DNA of 64,000 nucleotides, from contig NW_003314333.1 of NCBI RefSeq assembly GCF_000143415.4, positions 310,001-374,000 on the forward strand, in the 5' to 3' direction. Under the pieces are notes generated by a model, which searched no databases, had not been told where the DNA came from, and saw only the letters and a program-made list of their open reading frames with translations. The translations under genes were made by a program, and so were the position numbers. This document shows, one piece after another, positions 49,001-59,542 of the stretch (position 1 is the first letter of the stretch; each line of letters begins with the position of its first letter). Source of the stretch: Selaginella moellendorffii. Its lineage: Eukaryota; Plantae; Lycopodiophyta.

Positions 49001-50365
49001 AACTCATTTACGTTGGTGCATTTCTCACATAGTGTGAGTACCGTGAACTTTTTTTGGAGTTGTTTCCTTGGCGGTATTCTAGACTCGAGTATGCATCGAC
49101 GAGGACGTCGATCTTCCCAAGGGGGGGAGAGTGTCGCGAATGTGACTTCAGGTATCGAAAGTTACCTGTCGGCTAGTCCTTACGGACACTCTTACCTTAC
49201 TGCCGCGACGGCAGGAGGTCGGTATTGCTGGACTCGTTATCAGTCTCCGCCTAAGCTAGTTGAGAAACTGGTCCTCGCGTGTGCACTTGACCAGATGGGC
49301 ATAAGGACGGAATTCCTAAGTGCTATTAGTCAAACATACTTGACCTGGTTAGAGAAACTCATTCGTTGACTTGCACTTGCTAGTGTTTGGAACCCCCGCG
49401 ATATTGAGATTGGTCCCTCAATATCGCTAGATGATAGCTTACTGTGTTTGCCAAACACCCTTGCTATCATGCCCTTAGCGTTAGTCTCAATTCGGTCCCA
49501 AATGCTATTTATGGAAAGTGTCCAGATTTGCTCATTTGGCATATCTACAGAATGTAGAGATCGTCCTAAACACAATGGTGTTTGTCCCGTGTCCAAATTT
49601 GCATTCTAAGGACATTCCATATTTAGTAAGTTTCAAGCTTGTCCCAGAGACTAACTCCTGATACTAAGGGAGGCTTGGGGTGAAAGCCCAAAGCGTGTGT
49701 TCCTCAAGGGGGGGGGGGGGGGGGAGAAGTGTGTCTNNNNNNNNNNNNNNNNNNNNNNNNNNNNNNNNNNNNNNNNNNNNNNNNNNNNNNNNNNNNNNNN
49801 NNNNNNNNNNNNNNNNNNNNNNNNNNNNNNNNNNNNGATAGTGGGTAGGTCGGGCATGGCCGACCAACCTGAGGCATAATCTAGCTCCCGCTTGCGTGCC
49901 TGTCCTTGTTCTGCGTCCAGCTTGGGTCTAAGCCCAAGTTCCATTCCATGCTAGCTGGTGGAGTACCCATATCCTCACGTTAGGCCACCGGTATGCCGAA
50001 ATAGCGCCAGACTCTGTTTGGCTCTGTTTTGTGTGCTGGTCCTGGCATTGGGATGCTGGTTGCTCCAGGACTGTTCCAAGTCGCTCCGGGCTCCTGTCCC
50101 TTCACTCCTTGGGCTGTATGCTCGGGAGTTGCTCCGTGGTCCGGTTCCATCACTCCTTGGCTCCATGCTTGGGAGTTTGGCACCGTTCCTTCGTTCAGCG
50201 GCCCAAGGCCCTGAACCTCGGGTTCCTATGGACACGTGGCATCTGTCACGTGGCATGTGACACGTGGCATCTGTCACGTGGCACAAAGAGGGTTTAGGTT
50301 CCGCTTCGTGGTGTTATCCTATGGTAAATCACCATAGGATAAAGGGTCAAAACCATATGCACTAC
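43013..50365 (+). mobile_element. LARD copy B inserted in gag
   Basis: LTRs at 43013-44149 and 49132-~50365; mutated PBS TAGTATCAGAG; PPT AAGGGGGGGAGAG. Reverse-orientation homolog of copy A. No normal right-hand TSD. Confidence 0.9.
49737..49836. other. Assembly gap (100 N) shortly after a poly-G run in the LTR
   Basis: Run of N. Confidence 1.
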
Positions 50366-50599
50366 GTGGTCAATGTCGGTCAAAGGGAGGCTCAAGGGTA
50401 TATTATGGCATGTTAGGGTAAGGGACTTAACCTACCCTAGGGCTCACAGGGGAGCGGTGGCGCAGTGGAGCTTTTGAGGTAGCTCGGGGGTGGTTGGGTG
50501 GTGAGGAACCTCAAGAGGTGGCGTAGCATAGTCTAGGGCAACTAGATCTTTGTCTTTTTGCGCTGGATCATAACATTGGTATCAGAGGAGTTGGTTGCG

Positions 50600-52078
50600 A
50601 TGGCTGACCAAGCTGAACGCTGGAATCTTATTGTCGATGGTGGTGCCGACGATGGTGCCGACGAAGCTGCGGAAATTTGGACCATTCAAGATGTGGTTCA
50701 TGAGCTGCGAGCCCTTAATAAAAATCAGCAAGAGATGCAAGACGAGATGCATGGCATGATGGATACCATGCGTGGGCGTGTTGAGGCACTCGAGGCTGGA
50801 TGGGGTAGCACTCCAAGTAAGCCTTCTTTGGTAGATCGACTCAAGATTCCAACTTTTTCCGGTGATGGTGGTGTGGACGAGTGTCTCGCTTGGCTAGCCA
50901 ATGTGAAGAAGTTCCTGGCTGCTAGAGGAACTCCAGATGCAGAGGCTTTAGTGGCTATTCCAATGGTTTTGCGTGATGCGGATCTTCGATGGTGGAATTG
51001 GCTTGAGGAGTCCCGTGTTGCAAATAAAAAACCACCAGTGTCTACCATGGATGAGTTTGAGGCTGCTTTCCGTTTACGTTTTGCCCCTCATTACGATGTG
51101 GAGAATGCTCGTACAGAACTTCGCCATTTCCAGCAAGGGAAAATGACGCTCGGGGATTATATTGAGAAGCTTACTCACTTGATTAGTCGTGTTCCAACGA
51201 AGGATCCAGATCAGAACAAGTCCTACTTCATTGATGGCCTACATAGTGAGAGCATGCGGCAACACTTACGTCATTCTCAGCCTACAAAGAGTTTGGAGGA
51301 GCTCTTTGATGCAGCTCGTCGACTTGACAATGATAAGCACAAGTCTCGCAAGCGTTCGCGGAGTCCTTCTGTCGAGAATTGTCGTGATGATTGCCGTGGA
51401 CACAAGGATGGGAACAAGCATCACAAATTGAAGTCAGTGGTGACTACTTCAGATGCAAAGGGGTCCAAGAAGCAGAAGTTCTTTGTGAAGAATTATAGAC
51501 AAGGTTGTCATCATTGCAGCGAACTTGGACACTACAAGGCTGATTGTCCGCAGTTGAAGAACAAGCAGCAGGACAAGAAGAATAGCCAATCATCTTCTCA
51601 CGGTAAGTCAGATACTAAAAAGTTGCAAGCTTTACAGCGTGAGGATGACGAGAACGACTATTCCGGTCGGAGGAAGAGACTTTCGATTGTTGCTCGTCAA
51701 CTCAACTGTGTGTGGAACAAGATGGAGCTCGAGGATACGCGTGAATCAGCTTTAATGTTGGAGGGCGTGTTCCATGGCAATCCAGTGCGGATTTTACTGG
51801 ATAGTGGGAGCGATGACAACTTTGTTTCGGCAAGGTTTGTTGCGGAGCATCGCCTGAACACACGTGGAGTTCTTCCATACACAGTGGAAGGTGCAACTAC
51901 CTCTACTCAGCATTTTGATGCTTGTGTCGAGGGGCTGGAAGTGTTGGTTGGCAAAACCACACTTGTGGAGACTTTTTATCTCGCGGATATCCATCGTGTG
52001 GATCTCATTCTTGGGATGCCATGGTTGGTGAAAGTGGATCCAGAGATAAAGTGGAGCATTAAGCGTATCTCGCTGGAG
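50600..52078 (+). CDS. Gypsy gag-protease, open frame, cut off at the TRIM junction
   Basis: LKIPTFSG, retrotransposon gag domain, CHHCSELGHYKADC knuckle, ILLDSGSDDNFVS, DLILGMPWL. Preceded by a partial LTR (50361-50575) and PBS. Confidence 0.9.
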
Positions 52079-52235
52079 GATGGTGGCCTAAGTATGATCG
52101 AGGACGATCATACCCTGACGAGGGGGAGGATTGTTAGGCACCAGGTTAGGATAATACGATAAGGAAAGGGCCCTACAATCAAGTGATCACCCCTTTAGTC
52201 AGTTGGCTTAGGGTGTAAGGGATAGGATCCTAACA
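52079..52235 (+). mobile_element. TRIM 3' interior, PPT and LTR (52132-52235)
   Basis: Reverse complement of the TRIM at 39168-39588. Confidence 0.9.
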
Positions 52236-52593
52236 TGGACCAAGTGCAAAGGATGTTTACTAGCATACCAAAATATCAAATGTGTTTATACAATTTGATT
52301 GCTACTGAAGATCATACCTGATTTATATTGTGTTGGTTTTACCAATTGCTTTACTCATCCTCTTGCATAATTTGTCCTCCTCTTGTGAATACTATTACTA
52401 TTATTATTATAAGCATTAGTAACATTCTTCATGGTTGACTGCTGCTTGCCTATAGAAACTTGCTGGAGATGGTGGTCTTTCCAAAGCTCATCTCTCAAAA
52501 GGCTCTTGAAATGCAACAAAACATGCCAGAATCTCCAAAGATGAGTAGTAGAATGGTGAAGAGGAATGATTAGCATTTTTGTTTCTTTGCTAA

Positions 52594-52657
52594 GGGGATG
52601 TAGCTCAGATGGTAGAGCACTCGCTAGAGGCACCAGGATCGATACCCAGCATCTCCA
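52594..52657 (+). pseudogene. tRNA-Ala pseudogene (9-nt deletion removes the anticodon)
   Basis: GGGGATGTAGCTCAGATGGTAGAGCACTCGCT-AGAGGCACCAGGATCGATACCCAGCATCTCCA. Confidence 0.9.
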
Positions 52658-52985
52658 AATATGTTCGGATCGTTCCAGGCATTTTGACCGATTTTACTGG
52701 TGTTGACCTCTGGGGGAGCTATGGATGGATGTTGCATCGTTGTTGTTGACTCGTTTCCAGAGGTTTGAAAAAACTAGTAAAAATGTTTCATTCACCAGGA
52801 TTGAGCCTAGAAAGGCATCAAATTAAAGATGTTTTCTCTTTTTGAAATATTTGTATATCTCAGTTCAAGTCTGACAATTCACGAGCTCTCGAGTCTACTC
52901 GTTTTTTTTTTCACAAAGCCAAAAGTACCTCTTTATTTTCTAAGTCAAGGTTAGGTTATAAACTTCTCGCTTGAAGAGGTAAGCT

Positions 52986-53750
52986 ATGGTCTCTCGCGCT
53001 CACGCTGCCCCAACGCTTGCCCGCCGAGCTCCAGCGCCCTGGCATGGCGGCCATCCGCGAGCTCCAGCTCTAGCTCCAGCACATCCACCACACCACCATG
53101 GACATCATCCTCGAGGCGGCCACGAGCCAGCACCAGCTTTAGCTCCAGTTCTTCAAGGTGACGCTCCAGTTCGAGCCCCAGAGCCAGCTGCTTTCGTTCA
53201 CCCTGCTCGCGGCCACCCTGCTCATCTAGCTCCAGCGCCTGCTATCCTCAATCATGCTCGCCACCACCATCCAGCTCCAGCAGCAGCAGTGTACCATCAT
53301 CATCACGGTGATGGAGCTCCTCTGGTTGTTCACCACCATCACCAGGGTCACCACCATGGTCACCACCATGGAGGACGCAACAACCACCACAACCACCACC
53401 ACCACCACCATCGTCACGACGGTCACGATGCAGCAGTGGCCACACCAACACCCGCAGCAGTAGTTACAGTGGTTCTGAGGACGCCACGGTCGCTGCTCCA
53501 GCTTCTTCTTTGGGTTTTGGTTGCGATCTTGGTGCTGCTCGCGTGCTTTTTGCTCGTGCGATGGATGTTATCTCGAAGGAAGCAGCGGAGTAATGCTATC
53601 TTTCAGGATCCCGGGTGGCAGATCGAAGTTGTGGTGGACGATCCTCTGACTGAGAAGAAACAGCTGGAAGATCACACTCGTGGTTCGAAGAGCAATGGCA
53701 CTCTGGGATTCTCCTCAAAGTGTCCTGCCAACACTGGCAGTGACGCGTAA
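52986..53750 (+). CDS. His/Pro/Ala-rich (arabinogalactan-protein-like) single-pass membrane protein, 254 aa
   Basis: APAP/APAL repeats and poly-His tracts; hydrophobic LLQLLLWVLVAILVLLACFLLV followed by basic RRKQR. Indels relative to the paralog mostly preserve frame. No clear signal peptide. Confidence 0.6.
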   Translation: MVSRAHAAPTLARRAPAPWHGGHPRAPALAPAHPPHHHGHHPRGGHEPAPALAPVLQGDAPVRAPEPAAFVHPARGHPAHLAPAPAILNHARHHHPAPAAAVYHHHHGDGAPLVVHHHHQGHHHGHHHGGRNNHHNHHHHHHRHDGHDAAVATPTPAAVVTVVLRTPRSLLQLLLWVLVAILVLLACFLLVRWMLSRRKQRSNAIFQDPGWQIEVVVDDPLTEKKQLEDHTRGSKSNGTLGFSSKCPANTGSDA

Positions 53751-54003
53751 GTCAGCTATGTTACATGCGTTGTCACATGGAAGATTGTATACAAACAATC
53801 TTCAAGGAGATGAAGTTGCAGAGCAAGAAGACAGCAGGCTCTTGCTCACGGACGGTGAAGATCACATACAAGGGTCGCCTGGTGGAAGTCACCAGACTTG
53901 GAAGTTATTGCACAGCTGGCTCGGAAAATGGACTGGAAAATAGAGCAAGAACCTACCAAGTTTGATTTGACGTGCAGTGGCTTCCTCAGCCCAACCGAGA
54001 GGA

Positions 54004-54466
54004 TGATGGACATAAGCCTCGAAGATCTCTCCATGCCAATCACTCAGGCGTCCAAGGAGCTCAAAGTCGGCCTCACCGTGCTCAAGAAGCGGTGCCACGA
54101 GTTTGGCATCCCCCGGCGGCCTCACCACAAGCTCAAGAGCCTCGAGAGCTTGATACACAAGAGCCAGGTTAGTGTTCTTTCCTTGTTCTTGGTTGAAAGT
54201 TCTTCCGTGAACTTCTGGCTTTACTTGCCAGGAGTTAGCCAAGGATTCGGATGGAAACGCTCAAAACCCGGCGATCCACGCGGTTCACGAGCTGGAGAAG
54301 CACGGGGATGGAGCTGGACGATCGAACCAAGCAGTTCTGCCAGGCAATCTTCAAAGCCAGCTACAAGCAGCGGCGGCGAGCGGTAGCTCCCTGTAGAAAC
54401 GGTGGCAGCGGCGGTGGAAACTCTGATTCTTCCCACAACGATGGATCCACGGAGCAGCAGCAGTGA
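54004..54466 (+). pseudogene. RWP-RK (RKD-type) transcription factor pseudogene
   Basis: MPITQASKELKVGLTVLKKRCHEFGIPRRPHHKLKSL (RWPHRK degraded). GT-AG intron at ~54168-54231. A frameshift precedes the RKD C-terminal motif ELDDRTKQFCQAIFKASYKQRR. Confidence 0.8.
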
Positions 54467-54647
54467 AAAAATTCAGGGGCTCCCTTTAGTCCAAAGGTGA
54501 CCATTTTGTGACCATTATTTTTTCTTGTTTTTTCCTCCCCTTCAAGCTAACAGCAGCAAAGCTTTGGAATTTTGCAAGGAAGAGAGATCAAACCACGCAG
54601 TCGATCATAGAGAAGAATTTTTGTTCGCCTCTAATTTTTAACCAAAC

Positions 54648-54652
<5 letters not shown>

Positions 54653-54691
<39 letters not shown>
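54653..54691. repeat. (AG)n microsatellite upstream of the C2H2 gene
   Basis: ~19 AG units. Confidence 0.97.
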
Positions 54692-54693
<2 letters not shown>

Positions 54694-54819
54694 CCTTTTC
54701 ACTCAAGTTGGCTGTGGCGGGAACAAGGAAGTGTGCCCTAATTCGTTGTAAGAGGAAAGGGTTTTCGGTTTTTTCTTGCGCGATCGATCAATCAATCGGC
54801 AATCAATCGGTGGCTAGTT

Positions 54820-55923
54820 ATGAGATCGGCGAAGAGGAAGATCGTGGAGCAAGAGCATGAGTATGAGAAGCAGCAGCAGCAGAATGGACAGGTGGGTGAG
54901 GATCGTCATGAAAAGGATCTGGTGAGGAGCACCAAGCGGAAGAAGGCCTATCCCCAGCTCCGGCACTGCCTGGTCGAGGAGAGCTTGTTCCAAGACCTCG
55001 ATCACAGCGAGGATGACGATCGGAGCTCCGGCGACGACGTCCAGCGGGCCGGGGGATGCAATGGGTTGTATGCGCTGAGGGCAAATCCTAAGAAGAACCT
55101 CAAGTTTGCGGAGGAGCAGATCAAGAAGAAGAAACTGAGCAGCAAGGGCAAGGATCACGAGTGCCCGGAGTGTGGCAAGGAGTTCGTATCGATCAAAGGG
55201 CTGTCGGGACACATGCGATGCCATCCGGAGTCGCGGATCGCGAGGGCCGCCGCCGCTATCGCTCCGCGCAGCCCCGCGAAGATCAAAATCAAGGAGGTGA
55301 TCGAGGAGCCCGACTACGAGAACGACACGAGCCTGGAGCAAGTCTATCTCCGGCACTGGGCCAGGGAGGAGGAGGAAAAGAAGAAAAAGATGGGAGCTTT
55401 GATGGTCGAGAAGGTGGCCATGGAGGAAGAGGGGGAGGAGAATTCTTCCAAGGTTGTGATCCATGACGATCCATTGCCGCAGTGGCAACCATTGAAGATT
55501 AGGATCAAGTGCTCCTCCCGGGCCCTTGATCCGACTGGCGGCGGCGCCGCCGCCACTGTGGTGGAGGGATCTCGTAAAGGGGATGGTTGCCGTCTTGAAT
55601 CGACTGGGGGAGCGGCGGTTGTCGAGTGCTCCCGGTGTAAGCTCGCGTTTGAATCGAGCACGGCTCTGGCTGCCCACCACTGCGTGAGGAAGATGTCGCG
55701 CAAGAGCAAGATCATCAGCACCAAGATCGAGGACGCCTTGCCCCCCAGCAGCGGCGATCCAGGCGTGGTCAACGTGCCCGTTGACATTATTGCTGACGAG
55801 GAGGACGAGGTGGTGTGTGTTGACAAGGGGTTGACTGGAGGTTTTAATTGCCTGAACTGCCACCGGGTTTTTGCGACCGGAAAGGCTCTCAGGAGCTCTT
55901 GCGGTCGAAAATGCTTTGTGTAA
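54820..55923 (+). CDS. Plant ZAT-like C2H2 zinc-finger protein, 367 aa; later fingers degenerate
   Basis: YALRANPKK motif; CPECGKEFVSIKGLSGHMRCH; CSRCKLAFESSTALAAHHC; truncated CLNCHRVFATGKAL. Confidence 0.8.
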   Translation: MRSAKRKIVEQEHEYEKQQQQNGQVGEDRHEKDLVRSTKRKKAYPQLRHCLVEESLFQDLDHSEDDDRSSGDDVQRAGGCNGLYALRANPKKNLKFAEEQIKKKKLSSKGKDHECPECGKEFVSIKGLSGHMRCHPESRIARAAAAIAPRSPAKIKIKEVIEEPDYENDTSLEQVYLRHWAREEEEKKKKMGALMVEKVAMEEEGEENSSKVVIHDDPLPQWQPLKIRIKCSSRALDPTGGGAAATVVEGSRKGDGCRLESTGGAAVVECSRCKLAFESSTALAAHHCVRKMSRKSKIISTKIEDALPPSSGDPGVVNVPVDIIADEEDEVVCVDKGLTGGFNCLNCHRVFATGKALRSSCGRKCFV

Positions 55924-56196
55924 CTTTAATTTCTGTAAAACCTCTTGCCAACCTTTTAGGGTTCTTCAACTTCTACTCATAATAATATTTAAATTCGCCT
56001 AAATATAAAACAGCTTAAACAAAATATAAGTAAACATTTTCTAGAATTTAAATAGCTTCTTCTTACATGACCAATTTACCTATAATCTCCACTATGAATT
56101 CTCCCATTTACAATATCACTTTCTTAACTGAAATCTATATACTTGTGATTATGGTATTGTTGATTTATATTCATATTTAATTTTTAACTATATTGC

Positions 56197-56720
56197 CTTT
56201 GAGTATATTGTCTTTGCTTCTTTTGACCAAGTATTTATAATTTTCATATATTTGTTGTTTCTCTTCTACTAATATGAAATCAGGAAAGATTTAAAGAAGT
56301 TGAATTGTAATTATGAAGTTTGTATATTTGTACAGGGCATGGTTGAAAGAAGAATATAACATCTAATCTACAACAAAGAATTGGAAAAACGTAAGTCCCA
56401 TGTTTTTATATCGGTTTAATGATATAAGTTTGGGAAAAAAAGTTCTATATATTAATGAGTACACAAGTTAATGAAATAGGTTTGTGAATAAGCTTGTGTA
56501 CCATAGATCTATAATTGGTTTGCTTAAGCAAACTTGAAGATGCTTGGATATTCTAGGATATTCATCTAATGGATTTAGATTAATCTTTTCTTTATAATTT
56601 GTGAACATGTTTATAATTTATAAAATTTCCTTCTAATATATTCTTTTCTATTCCAAATCTTGATTTATAAATTATAAATATGTTTATCAATACTGCTCAA
56701 TTAAATTATTACTACTATCA
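56197..56720 (+). repeat. AT-rich dispersed direct repeat (second copy ~62693-63225)
   Basis: Shared blocks CTACTAATATGAAATCA.GAAAGATTTAAAGAA, AAGTTTGTATATTTGTA and GCATGGTTGAAAGA. Confidence 0.75.
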
Positions 56721-57359
56721 AGTAAACCAAGAAAATTATTTATGAGATAAGTATTTTCTCAAATATTTTTATGTCTTCACCATGGTGTGCTAGCTAAGAT
56801 CCTTTTGCTTGTTTTCAGGTTGTTTGGGTTTGATTGACGGCTCCATCAACCTTGCATCACACTCTTTCCTCACAAAGTTTATCAACAAGCTCCTGAGAAA
56901 AGCTTTTCTCTCATTTTGATTAAGTTCTTCGGATCCATGAGATTACAGCATATTCCTTCAGTGATACGATGGAGTTCCCTCATTCTGACACAGCACTCCT
57001 AGTTCTTAAGCAACTCCCAAGCACCTAAATGAAAAGTAACCTTCCAAAGCAACATGAATAACACTTCCTAATACCCTCTCCACAATAAAATTGTATGTCC
57101 ATTCCCATCCCTGAAATAATATGTCATTGATGAAAAAGTCAAAGAAGATGTGTGAGGACATAAGCTCCAAAGCCTTTATAGCTTTTCATTGCCAAGCTTC
57201 AGTTTCCTCAAGACAACTTAAAGATAGGGACTTCTAACTAGCTCGACCATCTTGGCCTAAAAATTGCATAAACGAAATACCTTGTGAAGGCTATAAGACA
57301 AAACAAAAAAGCTATGAACTAGTAAAAAACTATAGTACCTATGACCATCATTCTTCGTA

Positions 57360-58020
57360 GGGCACTCTCCAGTTACTCCAAACGAGTAGTGCAAGAAGAA
57401 GTGTGTCATCGTGACAGTGATGCCAGAGTACTTCTGAACTTCTCGAACGGCAGGCATGTCTCCACACTGAGCAAGCACGTGAGTAGTGGATTCTGTCCAG
57501 ATTTCTCTCCCGGATCTGTGAGTGGAGCCTCTTCTCTGCTAAGTCGCCGCGTGCCTTGAGCGCCACCATGAAAAGTCTACCGGTTTGCTCGTAGCACTCA
57601 AGAGCAAAGGTTTTTCTCGGCATATCCCAGGAAACGATGTTTTGCTGCTCCATGCAAAGTCTCAGCGTTTGGAGGCAGGCCAGCTTCTCGTTGCATCTGA
57701 TCGAAGACGTGCATCTCCCATGATGATCGTGTTCCAGGCAACCAACGTCATGTTTATTTGTCCTCCTGAACACTTCTGATGCTTCCACATGTCCACGAGG
57801 CTGCTTGCGACGAATGCACGGCTTTGTAATCACAATTTGCGAGGTAGACCAACTATCCTGTTCTTCGTCCCATCCTGTTGAACAACCTGTGTTGCAAGCC
57901 GCAGTGTAGACTTCGACCATACTTTCACAATTGCACTTGCTTGATTCCCGGCTTATGATGCTCTTGACTCTGGAGAAACTTATCTGGCTACTATGCCCTG
58001 CACTGCTTCTTCTCATCGAA
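57360..58020 (-). pseudogene. Decayed PPR gene fragment
   Basis: PPR-like words across frames: GHVEASEVFRR..KHDV, QQNIVSW, FMVALKA.GDL...LHSQIRE, LAQCGDMPAVREV. Confidence 0.55.
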
Positions 58021-58399
58021 GTTGAGATTTGAGCGCCTGCAAGAACAGAGAGCAAAAGTAGTACGTTACCTTTTCTCAAACCTTTCGTCTCAAGCAACTT
58101 CTCTGGCCTTTGGAGGCTGCTCCCCCGTCACTCTAGAGGATAGCTCAGTCAAATTGAAACTTGGTAGGTTCTTGCTCTATTTTCCAGTCCATTTTCCGAG
58201 CCAGCTGTGGAATAACTTCCAAGTCTGGTGACTTCCACCAGTCGACCCTTGTATGTGATCTTCACCGTCCGTGAGCAAGAGCCTGCTGTCTTCTTGCTCT
58301 GCAACTTCATCTCCTTGAAGATTGTTTATACACAATCTTCCATGTGACAACGCATGCAACATAGCTGACTTACACGTCACTGCCACTGTTGGCAGGACA

Positions 58400-59105
58400 C
58401 TATCCCAGAGTGCCATTGCTGTGCGAACCACGAGTGTGAGCTTCCAGCTGTTCCTTCTCAGTCGGAGGATCGTCCACTACAACTTCGATCTGCAACCCGG
58501 GATCCTGAAAGATAGCATTACTGCGCTGCTTCCTTCGAGATAACATCCATCGCAGGAGCAAAAAGCACGCGAGCAGCACCAAGATCGCAACCAAAACCCA
58601 GAGAAGAAGCTGGAGCAGCGACCATGGCCGTCTTCCGAACCACTGTAACTACTGCTGCGGGTGTTGGTGTGGCCACTGCTGCGTCGTGACCGTCGCGACG
58701 ATGGTGGTGGTGGTGGTGGTGGCGTCCTCCATGGTGGTGACCATGGTGGTGACCCTGGTGATGGTGGTGAACAACCAGAGGAGCTCCATCACCGTGATGA
58801 TGGTGGTACACTGCTGCTGCTGGAGCTGGATCGTGGTGGCGAGCATCAGGCGCTGGAGCTAGATGAGCAGGGTGGCCGCGAGCAGGGTGAACGAAAGCAG
58901 CTGGCGCTGGGGCTCGAACTGGAGCGTCACCTTGAAGCACTGGAGCTAAAGCTGGCGCTGGCTCGTGGCCGCCTCGAGGATGATGTCCATGGTGGTCTGC
59001 TCGATGTGCTGGAGCTCGCGGGTGTGAAGGTCGGTGATGGCCGCCATGCCAGGGCGCTGGAGCTCGGCGGGCAAGCGTTGGGGCGGCGTGAGTGTGAGAG
59101 ACCAT
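58400..59105 (-). pseudogene. Frameshifted paralog of the His/Pro-rich membrane protein
   Basis: An extra base near 58628 (GGAAGACGGCCATGG vs TGAGGACGCCACGG) puts the TM segment out of frame. Confidence 0.65.
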
Positions 59106-59469
59106 AGCTTACCTCGACAATAGAAAAATCCAAGCGAGAAGTTTATAACCTATCCCTTGACTTAGAAAATAAAGAGGTAGGCTTTGTGAAAAAAAAAACG
59201 AGTAGACTCGAGAGCTTGTGACGCTGTGGATTGTCGAACTTAAACTGAGATATACAAATATTTCAAAAAGAGAAAACATCTTTAATTTGATGGCAACTCC
59301 TTTATAGGCTCAATCCTGGTGAATGAAATATTTTTACTCGTTTTTTCAAACCTCTGGAAACTTGGCACTCATTGAATGCAAGTCAACAGCAACGGTGCAA
59401 CATCCATCTATAGCTCCCACCAGTAAAATCGGTCAAAACGCCTGGAAGGATCCAATAATCAAACATATT

Positions 59470-59542
59470 TGGAGATGCTGGGTATCGATCCCGGTGCCTC
59501 TTGCATGCTAAGCAAGCGCTCTACCATCTGAGCTACATCCCC
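59470..59542 (-). tRNA. tRNA-Ala (AGC)
   Basis: 73 nt GGGGATGTAGCTCAGATGGTAGAGCGCTTGCTTAGCATGCAAGAGGCACCGGGATCGATACCCAGCATCTCCA; intact anticodon arm; one C-A mismatch in the T stem. Confidence 0.88.

Larger units (their letters stand above)
39168..52235. mobile_element. Composite insertion: inverted TRIM LTR ends enclosing a circularly permuted Gypsy element
   Basis: TGGAC flanks both ends (39163-39167, 52236-52240). Both termini are the GGATCCTAACA (U5) end of the same 104-bp LTR, in opposite orientations. Confidence 0.75.
52282..53971 (+). repeat. Left arm of a ~1.7-kb inverted segmental duplication
   Basis: Reverse-complement homology to 58148-59875 throughout, with small indels. Confidence 0.92.

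Noticed and set aside
52594-52760. tRNA-derived SINE
   Set aside because: No tail or TSD; the second copy is explained by the segmental inverted duplication.
53765-53965. Short ORF conserved in both arms
   Set aside because: Conservation is explained by the recent duplication; no recognisable domain.
54814-55863. 349-aa minus-strand ORF
   Set aside because: Antisense shadow of the C2H2 gene.
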